The notes beneath the pieces were generated by a model that searched no databases, was not told the DNA's origin, and worked only from the letters and a program-made list of their open reading frames with translations. Source: Octopus sinensis (taxonomy: Eukaryota). Taken from it: DNA of 64,000 nt. The stretch spans positions 124,558,001 through 124,622,000 of the forward strand of contig NC_042999.1 of the NCBI RefSeq assembly GCF_006345805.1. The letters run 5' to 3'. The translations under genes and the position numbers were made by a program. Below are positions 25,681 to 38,139 of this stretch, one piece after another (position 1 is the stretch's first letter; each line of letters opens with the position of its first letter).

Positions 25681-26029
25681 GTATGCATGTATATATACAC
25701 ACACACACTTCGATGCATTTTTAATGTATTCAGTATTCATTAATAAACATATTATTATCATAAATACAATTATCCTATCTATGTTTATTTACACTGAAAC
25801 ATTGAGCCCATCTCATTCACATTACTGTCATCCTTTTGATGCAAAAAAGGATGAAAGAAGTGTATTGTTTGTTCATATATAACATGCAGTTATATAATCA
25901 AAAATTGCGACATACAAAATGAAAGTGAAGCAAAGTAAGCCAATATATAGATATTTAATAGCAATGTTATCTTAGCATTACTTGTGGTGAAAAGAAAAAT
26001 AATAGAAGTATGTTTACCTTGTTAAAGCA

Positions 26030-26670
26030 ATAGTCATGCCTATACAATTATTCCCCACCACCACTCTGATTTTGTTTCCCCATAATTTTCAGAAAATGGA
26101 TATTTTTTAATTTCTATACATATTCTTCAGATGTGGTAGATTCCGATTATGTTAGAATTCATTTAAAATTTTTTGTGAGGGATGTGTTTTTAAATGAAAT
26201 TTTCTACAAATACCTTGCAGAGTGTATATTTGATATGAAAATTAAAGTGGTGAGCATGCACAGATACATACTGATATACATCACAAATTTTTTCCAAAAT
26301 TTCACGTTTCAGTTTGTAGATATAGGTGATGCGTGTTAGTATGTTTGTGTGTGAGACCACCATTTTTGATTTTCATATTAAATCCTGATATGATTATAAT
26401 CTACACACTCTGAAAAGTATTTTAGAAAATTTTACCAAAAAATATCCATTTTTCAGGAAGTTATGTGAAAAGAAAGCCAACTATTGTGAATTTTCCACAA
26501 CTCCTCTCCCCATCCACTGAAAAACGTTTTCACAACAAATTCCAATATAATTGGGATTTACACCAGCTGAAGCATATTGGTAGAAAATTTCATTTAAAAA
26601 TATCCATTTTCCTGGAAGTTATGAGAAAAGAAATTCGGGGTTGGGGGTACACATGTGTAGGTATGGCAGG
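26030..26670. mobile_element. Old foldback/MITE-like element with about 150-bp imperfect terminal inverted repeats
   Basis: CATAATTTTCAGAAAATGGATAT on the left is the inverse of ATATCCATTTTCCTGGAAGTTATG on the right. Further internal copies of the motif lie near 26200 and 26440. Confidence 0.55.
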
Positions 26671-27906
26671 CAATGAAATAGCAATTCTTAGTAGAATGCT
26701 GGCAAAGTATGCAACAGTTGAAAATGTAAAATTGAAAGCAGATAGCTTTAAGAAATATTGCAAAGCAGTTGTTCACAGAACATGCATTTAATATTAAAAA
26801 TTTAAAAAATGATGAATATATGAAGAATATTAAGTGTAAGAAAAGACGAAACATAAGCTTTACTAGAAGTTGGGGAGATATTCAAACATGCAATGTCTGC
26901 CAAGAAGAAATTCGAATGAGAAGGCTGCTTGTATTTGTGCATGCACATAAACTGTAGCTCAGTCATGAACACTTCATTCTGGCCAAGTCCAGTATATCAT
27001 TGTGCAAGCATTACCAGAAGTCCATTATAAACATATTATTTTAAAAAATTATATCATTGTTATATAGATACAGATACATACACGCGTGCATCCACATGGA
27101 CATGTGCACACACACACAGATATGTATACACACACACACACAAACACACACAAACACACACACATATATATATATAGCAGCGTACATACACCTATGCTCA
27201 CCTTATAGTAAGTATGTATCTAAATTTTGAATGATACTTTTACTCTGTCTTTTAGTCTCCCTTATACTTACTTCCTCTTTTCTTTTACTTGCTCTCCCTC
27301 TCTCACAAATCTTGGCCCTTTCTTTCCTTAAATCCCACTTTTCCTCCTCATTTATCTCCCCTATATCTTTCCCTTTGTCTCTTTGATTTTTTCCTAATTC
27401 TTCAATCCAGCTACCCCTTACCCCTCTCTCTTCCTTCCACGTAACCAGTGTTCACCCAGCCATGATTTTTCTTTCTTAGCCTGACTGCCAACTGCCAATA
27501 CCTCTTATGTCTATCTCCTATATTCCTGCCTTTAGGTTTTCACTTTATACACGCCAGCTCAATTTGATTTGTCCTCAGTTGAAAGACACCTGTTGTTATA
27601 TTCTTGTTATTCTTGTTATGTTCTCTGTTTTTTTTCTTTGTTGTCACACACATTCACAAGCTTTCTTACAAAAAATTTCATGCTCTTAGCTTAGACTTTT
27701 TTGGGAGCAACCAGATCGAACAGTCTCAAGTGTAACTGCCCAAAACTGTAAGGACATCTGGTAACTTGACTGATGAAAGAAGGCTATGAATGACCTCTCC
27801 TTTTTTTTCCTGTCCCTCTAATTGTTATTTTTCCTGTCTGCCTTTGTATCATCTATCTATCTGGTTGTTTTATTGTCCTTTATTGCATTTTTGTTCCATT
27901 CTTTAT

Positions 27907-27943
<37 letters not shown>

Positions 27944-29009
27944 AATATATGTGTATGTGTGTGTGTGTGTATTTAGAAGAAGGAAGTAGTTAGAATTTTG
28001 GATAATTGTTTATTGGCACTTTCAACCATTCATGTGAACTTAGCAAATATGCTTTACAGAAAATTTTTTTGCCTTTCATACAAATCGGAAAGATGTCATT
28101 TTGTTTTGTTTAGAAAAGGTGAAAGAGAAATGAAGAAAGGAGGGAGGAGAGAGAGGAAGACAGAGAGGACAGAAAAGAGAAAACAGGAGAAAGCATGTAT
28201 TTGGGGATGGTCTTTAACTAACAAATGGTTGATGTCAAATGACATTTCAAGATGTGAATTTTGATTTTTTGGAGAAAGGGAGAAAGAGAGACGGACAGGA
28301 AGAAGGACAAGACAGAAAGAAAGAAAACGAAAACGAAAAAGAAAAATGAAAGGGAAAGAGACACAGAGAGAAAGAGACTTCTTTTCAATTATATTGTATG
28401 GATGTAGTCTACAATTCAAGATGTCGTTCTTGATTCAGTCATTGCTTTTGAAAGCATCTCTTTCTCTCTCCCTCCTCTTCTCTTATTATATACATATTAA
28501 CAAGTTTGTAAGTATAAACATTACATTTACAATGACTAAATCAAAAATGACATCTTGAATTGTGATTAAATTTCAACAGGTTGACCACATCGATATAACA
28601 TAATTGAAAAGAAAACTCTTTCTCTTAGTCTCTTATTTCTCTGCAGTTTCTACCAAAAACAAGAGCCACTACTTCTATTGCCACAGAGTCACTTTCCTAT
28701 AAAATGTACTCATTGGTTTACCAATTCCATCACATGACTCAAACATTACCTTTCATCCAATGAGATTAGTTTCCTTTCAGAAGCAGTGATTGCTTCATCA
28801 CAGTAATGAAGAGCCTGAATATTCAGACATGCTTTTTGCATCTGTGAAATTTTTTAGTAATGCAAATTTGTTAATAAATACATTCTATCTCCAAAATATA
28901 TGCTCAATGCCTTTTTTTTAAACCTTTTATTTGTACTTCTATCAGTATAACTTCTTCATACATTGTAGAACCCTATCAATAGATGAAGAACATATATAAA
29001 GAGTTGATC

Positions 29010-29265
29010 ATTTCTATACTCACTGAAGAACAACTATACACTTTCAATGAAGCATTATATAACATATCTTATTGGAGAACGTATGCGCTCAAAGGCCTAC
29101 TTTTTCAAGAATGTGACTACTAGCATATGTATAGATAAATTTGACTCCAAATCGCAGAAATGCCAACCTCAGATAAAGGATCTTGAAAACTTTGAAGCAG
29201 ACTTGATTAACCTGAATGAAAAGATAAGATTTCAGCATCACTTCCATCCAAAGCATTTTGAATAA
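29010..29265 (+). pseudogene. Penelope-like element ORF N-terminal fragment (Naiad-like, from recalled motifs)
   Basis: LYSLKNNYTLSMKHYITYLIGERMRSKAYFF...SQKCQPQIKDLENFEADLINLNEKIRF resembles the YSLKN..RMRWKA.FF..PP.I.EL..FE.DL pattern I associate with PLE ORFs. Confidence 0.6.
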
Positions 29266-30089
29266 TTACAGGATATCTTTCGATCAATATTCATAAATAC
29301 ATACAACGCACATGCACATACACATATACCACTCACACACACACACACACACACACATACACACACACACATACACACACACACACATACACACACACAT
29401 ACACACACACACACATACGTTTACATATATCATCATCATCATTGTCTCAATATTCCCTTTTCCACCTATGCATAGGTAGGATGGAATTCATTGAAGGTAG
29501 ATATTCTAGTCCTTCCTGTTACCAACTTCCAATTGTTTCCAAGCAAGGTAATATTTCTTCATGACCAGGCATGTTTTTGTGGAAGATTGGAATTAAAAGA
29601 CACTGCTTGTATGACAGTTACACTCATTTTCAGCTATCACAAACCACTAAGATGAGGAGGCACAAACACATACCCACATGTATACACACACACACACACA
29701 TATATCTTTTATCTTTTACTTGTTTCAGTCATTAGACTGTGACCATGCTGGGGCACTATATTGAAATCAAATGAATTAATCTCAGTACTTATTTTTTTAA
29801 GCCCAATATTTATTCTATCAGTCTCTTTTTCCAAACTGCTAAGTTACAGGGATGTAAACAAACCAGCACTAGTTATTAAGTAATGGTGGGAGACAAACAC
29901 ATACACAAAACACCCTTGTTTGCATGGGTCAGATGGTAAATTTTCAACAAGTGGATGCCCTTCCTGTTACCAACCCTCACTCTTACCCCCAAACTTCACT
30001 GTTTCCATCATGTAATGTGGGTCATTTCACTTTGTAATAAACAGGAATTTGTCAGAATGCCTCCAGGAAAATGAAATGACCAGTTTCTT

Positions 30090-30510
30090 CTCCGCCCCTC
30101 ACTCCTTCCCCTGCTCCTACTCACACTGTCACACCTGCCCCTAACTCTCCAAAACAACCATCCTCACTGGTATCCATCACCATCCCTATCACATCACTGA
30201 CTCCTTTACCTGCACCCCTAGTAATATTATTTACTGAATCTCCTGCTCTCTCTGTCCTATCCTGTATATTGGTCAAATGGCTGACCAGTTCACAGAGCAC
30301 CTCCGAGACATCAGACTCAACAATGACACCCTGGTCTTGTGCCATTTCCACTCTACCAGTCATTCACTACAACAGTTGTCTGTGTTTGGACTGTCTTTGC
30401 ACAGGGGCCACCCAGACTCCTGCCTTCACCATGAACAAGTATTAATTTTCTCTCTTCATTCCTTTGCACTATATGGGCTCAACTCACTACTTCTCTACAT
30501 CTGAGACCAA
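30090..30510 (+). pseudogene. Penelope-like GIY-YIG endonuclease remnant
   Basis: TCTPSNIIY*ISCSLCPILYIGQ-MADQFTEHLRDIR..VLCHFHSTSH..EQVLIFSLHSFALYGLN. Confidence 0.8.
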
Positions 30511-31239
30511 TCCCCACAAGGATTGCGGCGCACCTCCCACATCCAACTTCCCCCTCCACCTACATACCTGCATACCACCTACATCTGTACCCTCAACCCC
30601 ACACACACGCCACTATACAAACACCCATACACAATGTTCAACTCATTACTCACTTCACACACCATTACACACACACCCACAAACACCTTACCACTCCACA
30701 CACACTAGCACTGAACACTTCTTGTCTGAACACAGACAATATATACACATATACACAACACACATAGACAAAGATAACTTTCACCCACAAACATGCACTA
30801 CACACATGCACACTATTTCATCACAGATACACACACACACACGTGCACACACCACCTGCTACACACAACACATACACACACACACATGTTAGACCCACTC
30901 ACCCCATTCACACACACACATACACTAGACTAACTTTCACCCAATCACACATACACACACATGTTTGCACACCTTCATTCGTTGGGGTCACCATTACGTT
31001 TACTGTTATTATTATTATTATTTTCTCCTTTTCATTCAACTTTTTTTTCCAAATATCTCACCATTTTGGACTGTTGAACTCTGCACTTTTTCTCTCTCAA
31101 TTGTTTTCATTCTCTCCCTATTTTTTACCTCTTAATCCTTTCTGTCAGAGAGCACAGTCTCAAAATGTAAAAGACCTTTCCATTTTTCCCGAGCGTTAAA
31201 AACTAATACACCTTTCTTCATTTGTTTTCTGTAAATTTG

Positions 31240-31286
<47 letters not shown>

Positions 31287-31299
31287 ATATATATATATC

Positions 31300-31850
31300 A
31301 TCATCATCATCATCATCATCGTTTAACGTCTGTTTTTCCATGCTAGCATGGGTTGGACGATTTGACTGAGGACTGGTGAACCAGATGGCTGCACCAGGCT
31401 CCAATTTTGATCTGGCAGAGTTTCTACAGCTGGATGCCCTTCCTAACACCAACCACTTCGAGAGTGTAGTGGGTGCTTTTACATGCCACCAGCATGAGGG
31501 CCAGTCAGGCAGTACTGGCAACGGCCACAAAAAAATCTTTTTTTTTTTTTTTACATGTCACTGGCACACCGGCACAAGTGCCAGTAAGGCGATGCTGGCA
31601 ATGATCACGCTGGAATGGTGCTTTTTGCATGCCACTGGCACGAACGCCAGTTAGCCACTCTGGCAACGATCACGCTCGGATAGTGCTCTTAGTTCTCCAC
31701 TAGCATGGATGCTAGTCATCAAATTTGATTTTAATTTCGATTTCACTTGCCTCAAAAAGTCTTCGCAAGCAGAGTTTAGTGACCAATGAAGGAAAGGCAT
31801 GCATAAGTGAACTGGTTACACCCCTGGCTTAGGCCACAAGGTTATGGTCT
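31300..31850 (-). mobile_element. RTE 3'UTR copy with tandem stem-loop units
   Basis: (GAT)n tail junction, GGAAGGGCATCCAGCTGTAGAAA motif, GCCAGT/ACTGGC repeats. Confidence 0.8.
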
Positions 31851-31886
<36 letters not shown>

Positions 31887-32039
31887 CATATATAAAATAT
31901 ATGTATAAAATGTAGCCGTAGACACCATGCCAAAACAGACATGGAGCTTGGGCAGCTCTTCAGCTGGTCAGCTCCTGCCAAATTGTCCAATCCACGTCAG
32001 CATGGAAAATGGGCATATATATATATATATATATTATCA

Positions 32040-32830
32040 TCATCATCATCATTCATTTAGCGTCCGTTTTCCATGCTAGCATGGGTTGGACGGTTCAACT
32101 GGGGTCTGGGGAGCCCAAAGGCTGCACCAGGCCAGTCAGATCTGGCAGTGTTTCTACAGCTGGATGCCCTTCCTAACGCCAACCACTCCGAGAGTGTAGT
32201 GGGTGATTTTATGTGCCACTGACACAGGTGCCAGACGAGGCTGGCGAACGGCCACGCTCGGATGGTGTTTTTTATGTGCCACCGACACAGGTGCCAGATG
32301 AGGCTGGCGAACGGCCACGATCGGATGGTGTTTGTTACGTGCCCGCAGCACGGAGGCCAGTCGATGCGGTACTGGCTACGGCCACGTTCGGATGGTTTTC
32401 TTGTGTGCCACCGGCACTGGTACCACAAAGATACAAATTCCATTGATGTTCATCTATTTTGATTTGTTTTGATTGATTTTCACTTGCCTCAACAGGTCTT
32501 CACAAGTGTCACAAGAAGGAAGGTATGCACAGGTGGACTGACTACGTCCCAGGTAGGGGCCACGGGTTATGGCCTGACTAGTCTTGCCGGGTCTTCGGAG
32601 GGTGTTTTTATGTGCCACTGACACAGATGCCAGATGAGGCTGGCGAAACGGCCACGATCGGATGGTGTTTGTTACTTGCCCACAGCACGGAGGCCAGTCG
32701 ATGCGGTACCGGCTACGGCCACGTTCGGATAGTTTTCTTGTGTGCCACCGGCACTGGTACCACAAAGATACAAATTCCATTGATGTTCATCTATTTTGAT
32801 TTGTTTTGATTTGATTTGATTTGATTTGAT
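32040..32830 (-). mobile_element. Young RTE 3' end with an extra duplicated piece of its own 3'UTR at the 5' junction
   Basis: 32040-32597 closely matches 45158-45800; 32598-32830 repeats about 32260-32480. Confidence 0.85.
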
Positions 32831-35438
32831 TTATATATATATATATACATACAATACACACACTCATAATTTTATTTGAAAGCTGGATTACCCTTTAGTC
32901 ATACTACATAGCTTGATGATTTTACAATAATGGTCCTTCTTCAAATGATGATTGTAATACAACTTAATACTTTGATTGATGAGATGACAATGACACACAC
33001 ACATACATAAATACATGTGCCTATGTATGCATATATGTACATATAAGGCATCACAATGTATGTTCACAGATATGCATAAATATTAAAGAAAGGCAGAAAA
33101 AATATTTAAAAATCAAGAAGAATTTTATCTCATCATCTCTTCACATTTATATTTCAAATAATAATAATTTATATTTCCTTATCTGGATATTTCACATGCA
33201 TCCATTTGTCTAATCATGACATGATATATATTTGTTTTATGCACACTGTTTATCACACACACTAAATACAATAACAAACATTCTCTACATATTTACCAAT
33301 CTGTTGTATCTAGCTAACACTATGTGTCACAAAGCATCCCACAAGGATCTGCTATCACAAGTGATAATCATATATGAAAGGGAGAAGATTTGACATGTGA
33401 AATCGTTTAACACCTCTTAAATACCTCAATATTGACCTTGTCATGACAAACAGCAGCTGCCATTAAGTAGAGATACTTCTTCCATCTTTCTCTGTGGAGA
33501 AATACTATGGGATCCAGCATGTATATTAAGATTGTTGCAAGGATTGGAGTGAACAAATCCTTGTGAATTACTGACATGGCAGTATTCTGCAGAGGTGAAA
33601 CTTACTTAAATACTCTTTCAGTTTAAGGGATTAATCAGATAAAGAGCAGATGTATTTTACTTGGTTTTCCCATAAAACTGGCCTGGTGTCTTGGCAAAGG
33701 AGCTCTGGCACAAGTCTTCAAACTAAATATGGGGGATAAAACAAAAAGCTATTAATAAAAATATTCAGTATGCATGCATAAAGATGAAAATCAAATACAT
33801 GAAACATATTAGATTGGATGCATACGTAAAGATAAAATCAAATGACTAAAGAGAAAAAGGAATAAATCAGATCTGAGATAAATTTTAATATTTTAGAGCC
33901 TCTCTAGGGGTATATGATTCAATTATGTTAACTGCAGGTATTTTAAACCTTTCGCAAACATCATTCATGCTCGAATACAACAAAATTTTACAATATTAAA
34001 GAAGAAAAACAAAACAAGAAAGTGAGAAAATGAGTGATGGAATATATGGGGATTAAAAAATAATGTTAACTTCCAAAATGCGGTCAGAATTCACTCTTTA
34101 TTCATAAAGCAATACATCACAAACAGCCTTGAATAAAATCAAGAAAAGGGAAAAGAATAACAAACTTGAAAAATAAAATGAAAATAAAATCAAAGAATAT
34201 AGAGTCAGAAACTTCTCTGCACTCAAAATACATGAGTTGAATCATTGGCTTCTTTCCCACCACACAACACACTCAAGAGCCATAAAGTTAAGTTCACTAG
34301 TCACCCTAAATAGGTTAATCAACCCAGTAAAAACAGGCTTAGGTATTAAAACATATTTGATCCTGTTATTTTTAGAGACATAAAAGTAGTTTGACTCCAG
34401 TATGGAATAATACTGGGACAGTCTCATAGAACAGTTCTGTAATATCTATGATTAAAAAAAAGAATAGGTTTTTACTCTTTCCAATTTGAGATTATGATTT
34501 TTATCTCTTTATCACAAAGTCACTACAGCTACAAGTATTAGCCTTTGCCAATACCATACTCCCTATTCAGATATTGAAGTTATTCTGCATCCTAGAAAAT
34601 TTCTCTTGTTTTTCCAAAATGCAGCCAGGTAAAACAAGAATGGAGAGATATTGTTGGATATAACTATGGGTGCATTTAATAGGGAAGGATTGTATGCACT
34701 TATTGCTTTATCTTTATAATTTGTGGTATAAAAGATTCCTGATTAGAGGAATTTATCATGAAGATGGATAATTTTCCTTGTGATATATGAATGGTATGAT
34801 ATAGATAGAATAATTATTTCATTCTTTAATGAATTAGATTAATAGTTTGCTGTCAATGTTACCTTTCAAAAGTTAATTTTCTAGACCAAAGCATTAAAGT
34901 TAGCAGCTGGTGAATATTTTTTTTTCCTATCACAAACTTAATGAAAGGTTATTTTATATTAATATGACTTGCAATCATATCCACATAATATTTTCTGTAA
35001 TTTAGTTTCCAATTTTATCAGTCATATATCATCTTTATCTCTAAATGTAGCAGCTTTTACAAAAATTTTGGAATTCTGCAATGAAGCATTTAACTGTCAT
35101 AGATTTTTCAATGAGATAGGATATATACTCAGACCTTTACCTCCCAAACAGAAATAAAAATTGGAAAATTGTGGTATAATCCAGTTTTCAGTTTCAATGA
35201 TTGAAAAAATATAACTAAGATGTTTCTCAAGTTAGTTTCATTTCCTTTTACAGAGAACATAGACATTAAAATCTTTTAAAATATCTGCTTAAGTTTATTA
35301 CACTTACAAAGTTTCACAACTCTGAATTTCTTCAAACCAAAGCATATGCCACACAATATTTTGGCATCTCTAAACACTTAAAAACGTATAAACTCTTATT
35401 ACTGCCCAAGTAAGGAAAACTTCCTCATTAGCTCTTTA

Positions 35439-35850
35439 GGCACTGGAGTGGCTGTGTGGTAAGTAGCTTGCGTACCAACTACACGGTTCTGGGTTTATTT
35501 CCACTGCGTATCACCTTGGGCATGTGTCTTCTACTATAGCCTCAGGCTGACCAAAGCCTTATGAGTGGATTCGGTAGACGGAAACTGAAAGAAGCCCATC
35601 GTATATATATATATATGTGTGTGTGTGTGTATGTATATGTTTGTGTGTCTGTGTTTGTCCCCCAACATCGCTTGACAACCAATAGTGGTGTGTTTACGCC
35701 CCTATAATTTAGTGGTTCGGCAAAAGAGACCAATAGAATAAGTACTAGGCTTACAAAGAACAAGTCCTGGGGTCGATTTGCTTGACTAAAGGCAGTGCTC
35801 CAGCATGTCCACAGTCAAATGACTGAAACAAGTAAAAGAGTAAAAGAGTA
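35439..35850 (+). mobile_element. SINE family A, full length
   Basis: Head GGAGTGGCTGTGTGGTAAGTAGCTTGC, tail GTAAAAGAGTAAAAGAGTA. Confidence 0.88.
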
Positions 35851-35964
35851 TATAGTGTGCAAAGTTGAGCTGAATATTGAATATCATGCAAAATTTTACA
35901 TTGGAGCACTTAACTGATAGGGCACTATGGAGAAGGTGTCTGAAAAATAATGAGTAGAGAAAAT

Positions 35965-36085
35965 GGATGGAAGGAAGGAAGGAAGGAAGGAAGGAAGGAA
36001 GGATGGATGGATGGATGGATGGATGGATGGATGGAGGATGGATGGATGGATGGATGGATGGATGGATGGATGGATGGATGGATTA
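35965..36085. repeat. (GGAA)n-(GGAT)n microsatellite
   Basis: Read directly. Confidence 0.97.
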
Positions 36086-37306
36086 TCAGTTGGTTGGTTG
36101 AATGGATGGATAGATGAGTGGATGGACTATCAAACTGGCTAAATGAAAATTCTTACTAAACCATCCATCTAACTTCATTAATTTTATTTTACAGTAATTA
36201 ATTTTTTTTACAACTCCTCTTTCAACTACATCTGATTCAACTGATCATTTTATTTACATAGCCAATAATTTTTCCAGGTTATACAGTCTTGTACATTTCC
36301 TTTTTGAAAATTATAACTCCTTCGTTTTTATTTTACACTCACCTCTTTTTTACATTTCTACTTTATTTCTATCCATTACCATACTGTTAATCATATTCTT
36401 TTATTTTCATGTATTAACATTCACACATTTTCTTTTAATTTCATGTTTCATATTTATCTTATTGCATTCCTAAGCTAGCATAAGTTTTTTCTTTTGGCTT
36501 TTGATTTTGTTTTTCCTTTACATTTCATTTGGTATTTTTGTACACCTTATCCAAACTTGTAATCTTTTCTATTTCTGTTTAATTTCAATCCACTTTTCCT
36601 GCCATATAATCATTTATATTCTCACTTCAGTTGCAATATATTCATTCTCACATATTTTCATTAAATTTGATTTCACATACTTTATTTATGTTGCTCTTGA
36701 TTTTATAATTCCATGTTTCAACATATAAGATATTGTTATCAGTTACAACTTATAATTTATACACATATTACATATATTAATATGACACTATTCAGTAGCA
36801 GTCAATGTTTTCTTTTTATAAATATCCATGTTTTATATTCATCTCTTTTTAACAAGTATAAGGATTACTTACAACATATAAGGATTCTTTGCATGAAAAT
36901 AAATAAGCATCATTCTTCCCTAATGTATTGTTTTCCTGGTTGTTTCTGAAACATGTTTTTATATTTATTTATCATGCCAGCATGGAAGGCGGACATTAAA
37001 CGATGATGATGATGATGATACATTTTTCATTTACAAAATTTTATAATGATTATTGTTATCTAAAGATTTTATAAGTGTATATATTTCTGCACTTTAATAT
37101 ACCTAAGACTTTATTTGCCAGAATACCAAGGTTCGTGGATTTTTAAATCTTAACCCTCATGTTGAACTCAATATATCTATATATCTATATAGCTACTCTA
37201 AACATTAATTAGCTATTTTTAAAATATATCAAAAGACATATTTTAGATCCAATTTTAATATATGTGTATCTCTCTCTTTCTCTCTCACTCTCTCTCTTTC
37301 TCTCAC

Positions 37307-37343
<37 letters not shown>

Positions 37344-37488
37344 TGAGAGGTTATGAGAGGTAATAGTGTCAGTAAGGTAATAGTGCCCAACGTAAGTCAT
37401 ATATCAGCATGTGTATATATAAAATTTTTTTTCAGAATGAGATAAAAATCCAAGGCTGTGAAGATTTTAGAACATTTATAAATAGAAG

Positions 37489-37536
37489 GTCTTACAGCTG
37501 TTTCCAGGATATTTACCATATTCCTTCATCGGAGAC
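37489..37536 (-). ncRNA. Minimal type I hammerhead ribozyme motif (U4C variant)
   Basis: GTCT-CCGATGA-AGGAATATGGTAAATATCCTG-GAAA-C-AGCT-G-TA-AGAC: stem I GTCT/AGAC, palindromic stem III ACAGCTGT, predicted cleavage after GUA. Confidence 0.65.
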
Positions 37537-37991
37537 GGCGTGAGAAAATGGTTAAGCAGTAGTTAATTTAGATAAAATATGAAATAGAGAGTGAAGTGAA
37601 GGAATGAAAATAGATGTGAGATATGCAAGGATATTACATTTGTAGATCCATTATTTAGGCAGAATGGTATACATATAAGATTTCAATACCTTGTGAGTAA
37701 AATCCAATAGTATCTAAAATTGGTCATTCCAAGTGTAGAGTTTGTACACAGTGCTAATGAATCAAGAATTTCATTTAAAGTGTACAAATACTATACTTGG
37801 AAAGACCAATTTTAGATACTATTGGATTTTACTCACAAGGTATTGGAATCTTATATGTATACCATTCTGCCTAAATAATGGATCTACAAATGCAATATCC
37901 TGCATATCTCACATCTATTTTCATTCCTCCACTTCACTCTCTATTTCGTATCTTATCTAAATTAACTATTGCTTAACCATTTTCTCACACT

Positions 37992-38039
37992 GTCTCCAAT
38001 GAAGGGATATAATAAATATCCTGGAAACAGCTGTAAGAC
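37992..38039 (+). ncRNA. Minimal hammerhead motif, probably inactivated (G5A)
   Basis: GTCT-CCAATGA-AGGGATATAATAAATATCCTG-GAAA-C-AGCT-G-TA-AGAC. The CCG to CCA change is consistent with CpG decay. Confidence 0.6.
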
Positions 38040-38139
38040 CTTCCACTTATAAATGTTCTAAAATCTTCACAGCCTTGGTTTTTTATCTCATTCTGAAAAA
38101 AATTATTGAAATGTTGAGCTAAGTAAAATTGTAGTAATG

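Larger units (their letters stand above)
37423..38104. mobile_element. Foldback palindrome of two head-to-head Penelope-type pseudo-LTRs
   Basis: Arms 37423-37749 and 37780-38104 are about 93% identical in inverted orientation by manual count. An inner AATGAA/TTCATT pairing leaves an about 8-nt loop. Each arm holds a minimal hammerhead. The palindrome is seen directly; the Penelope assignment is inference. Confidence 0.85.

Noticed and set aside
27765-27800. CTGATGA as a possible hammerhead core (also 48299)
   Set aside because: No stem II or GAAA-stem III-UH downstream.
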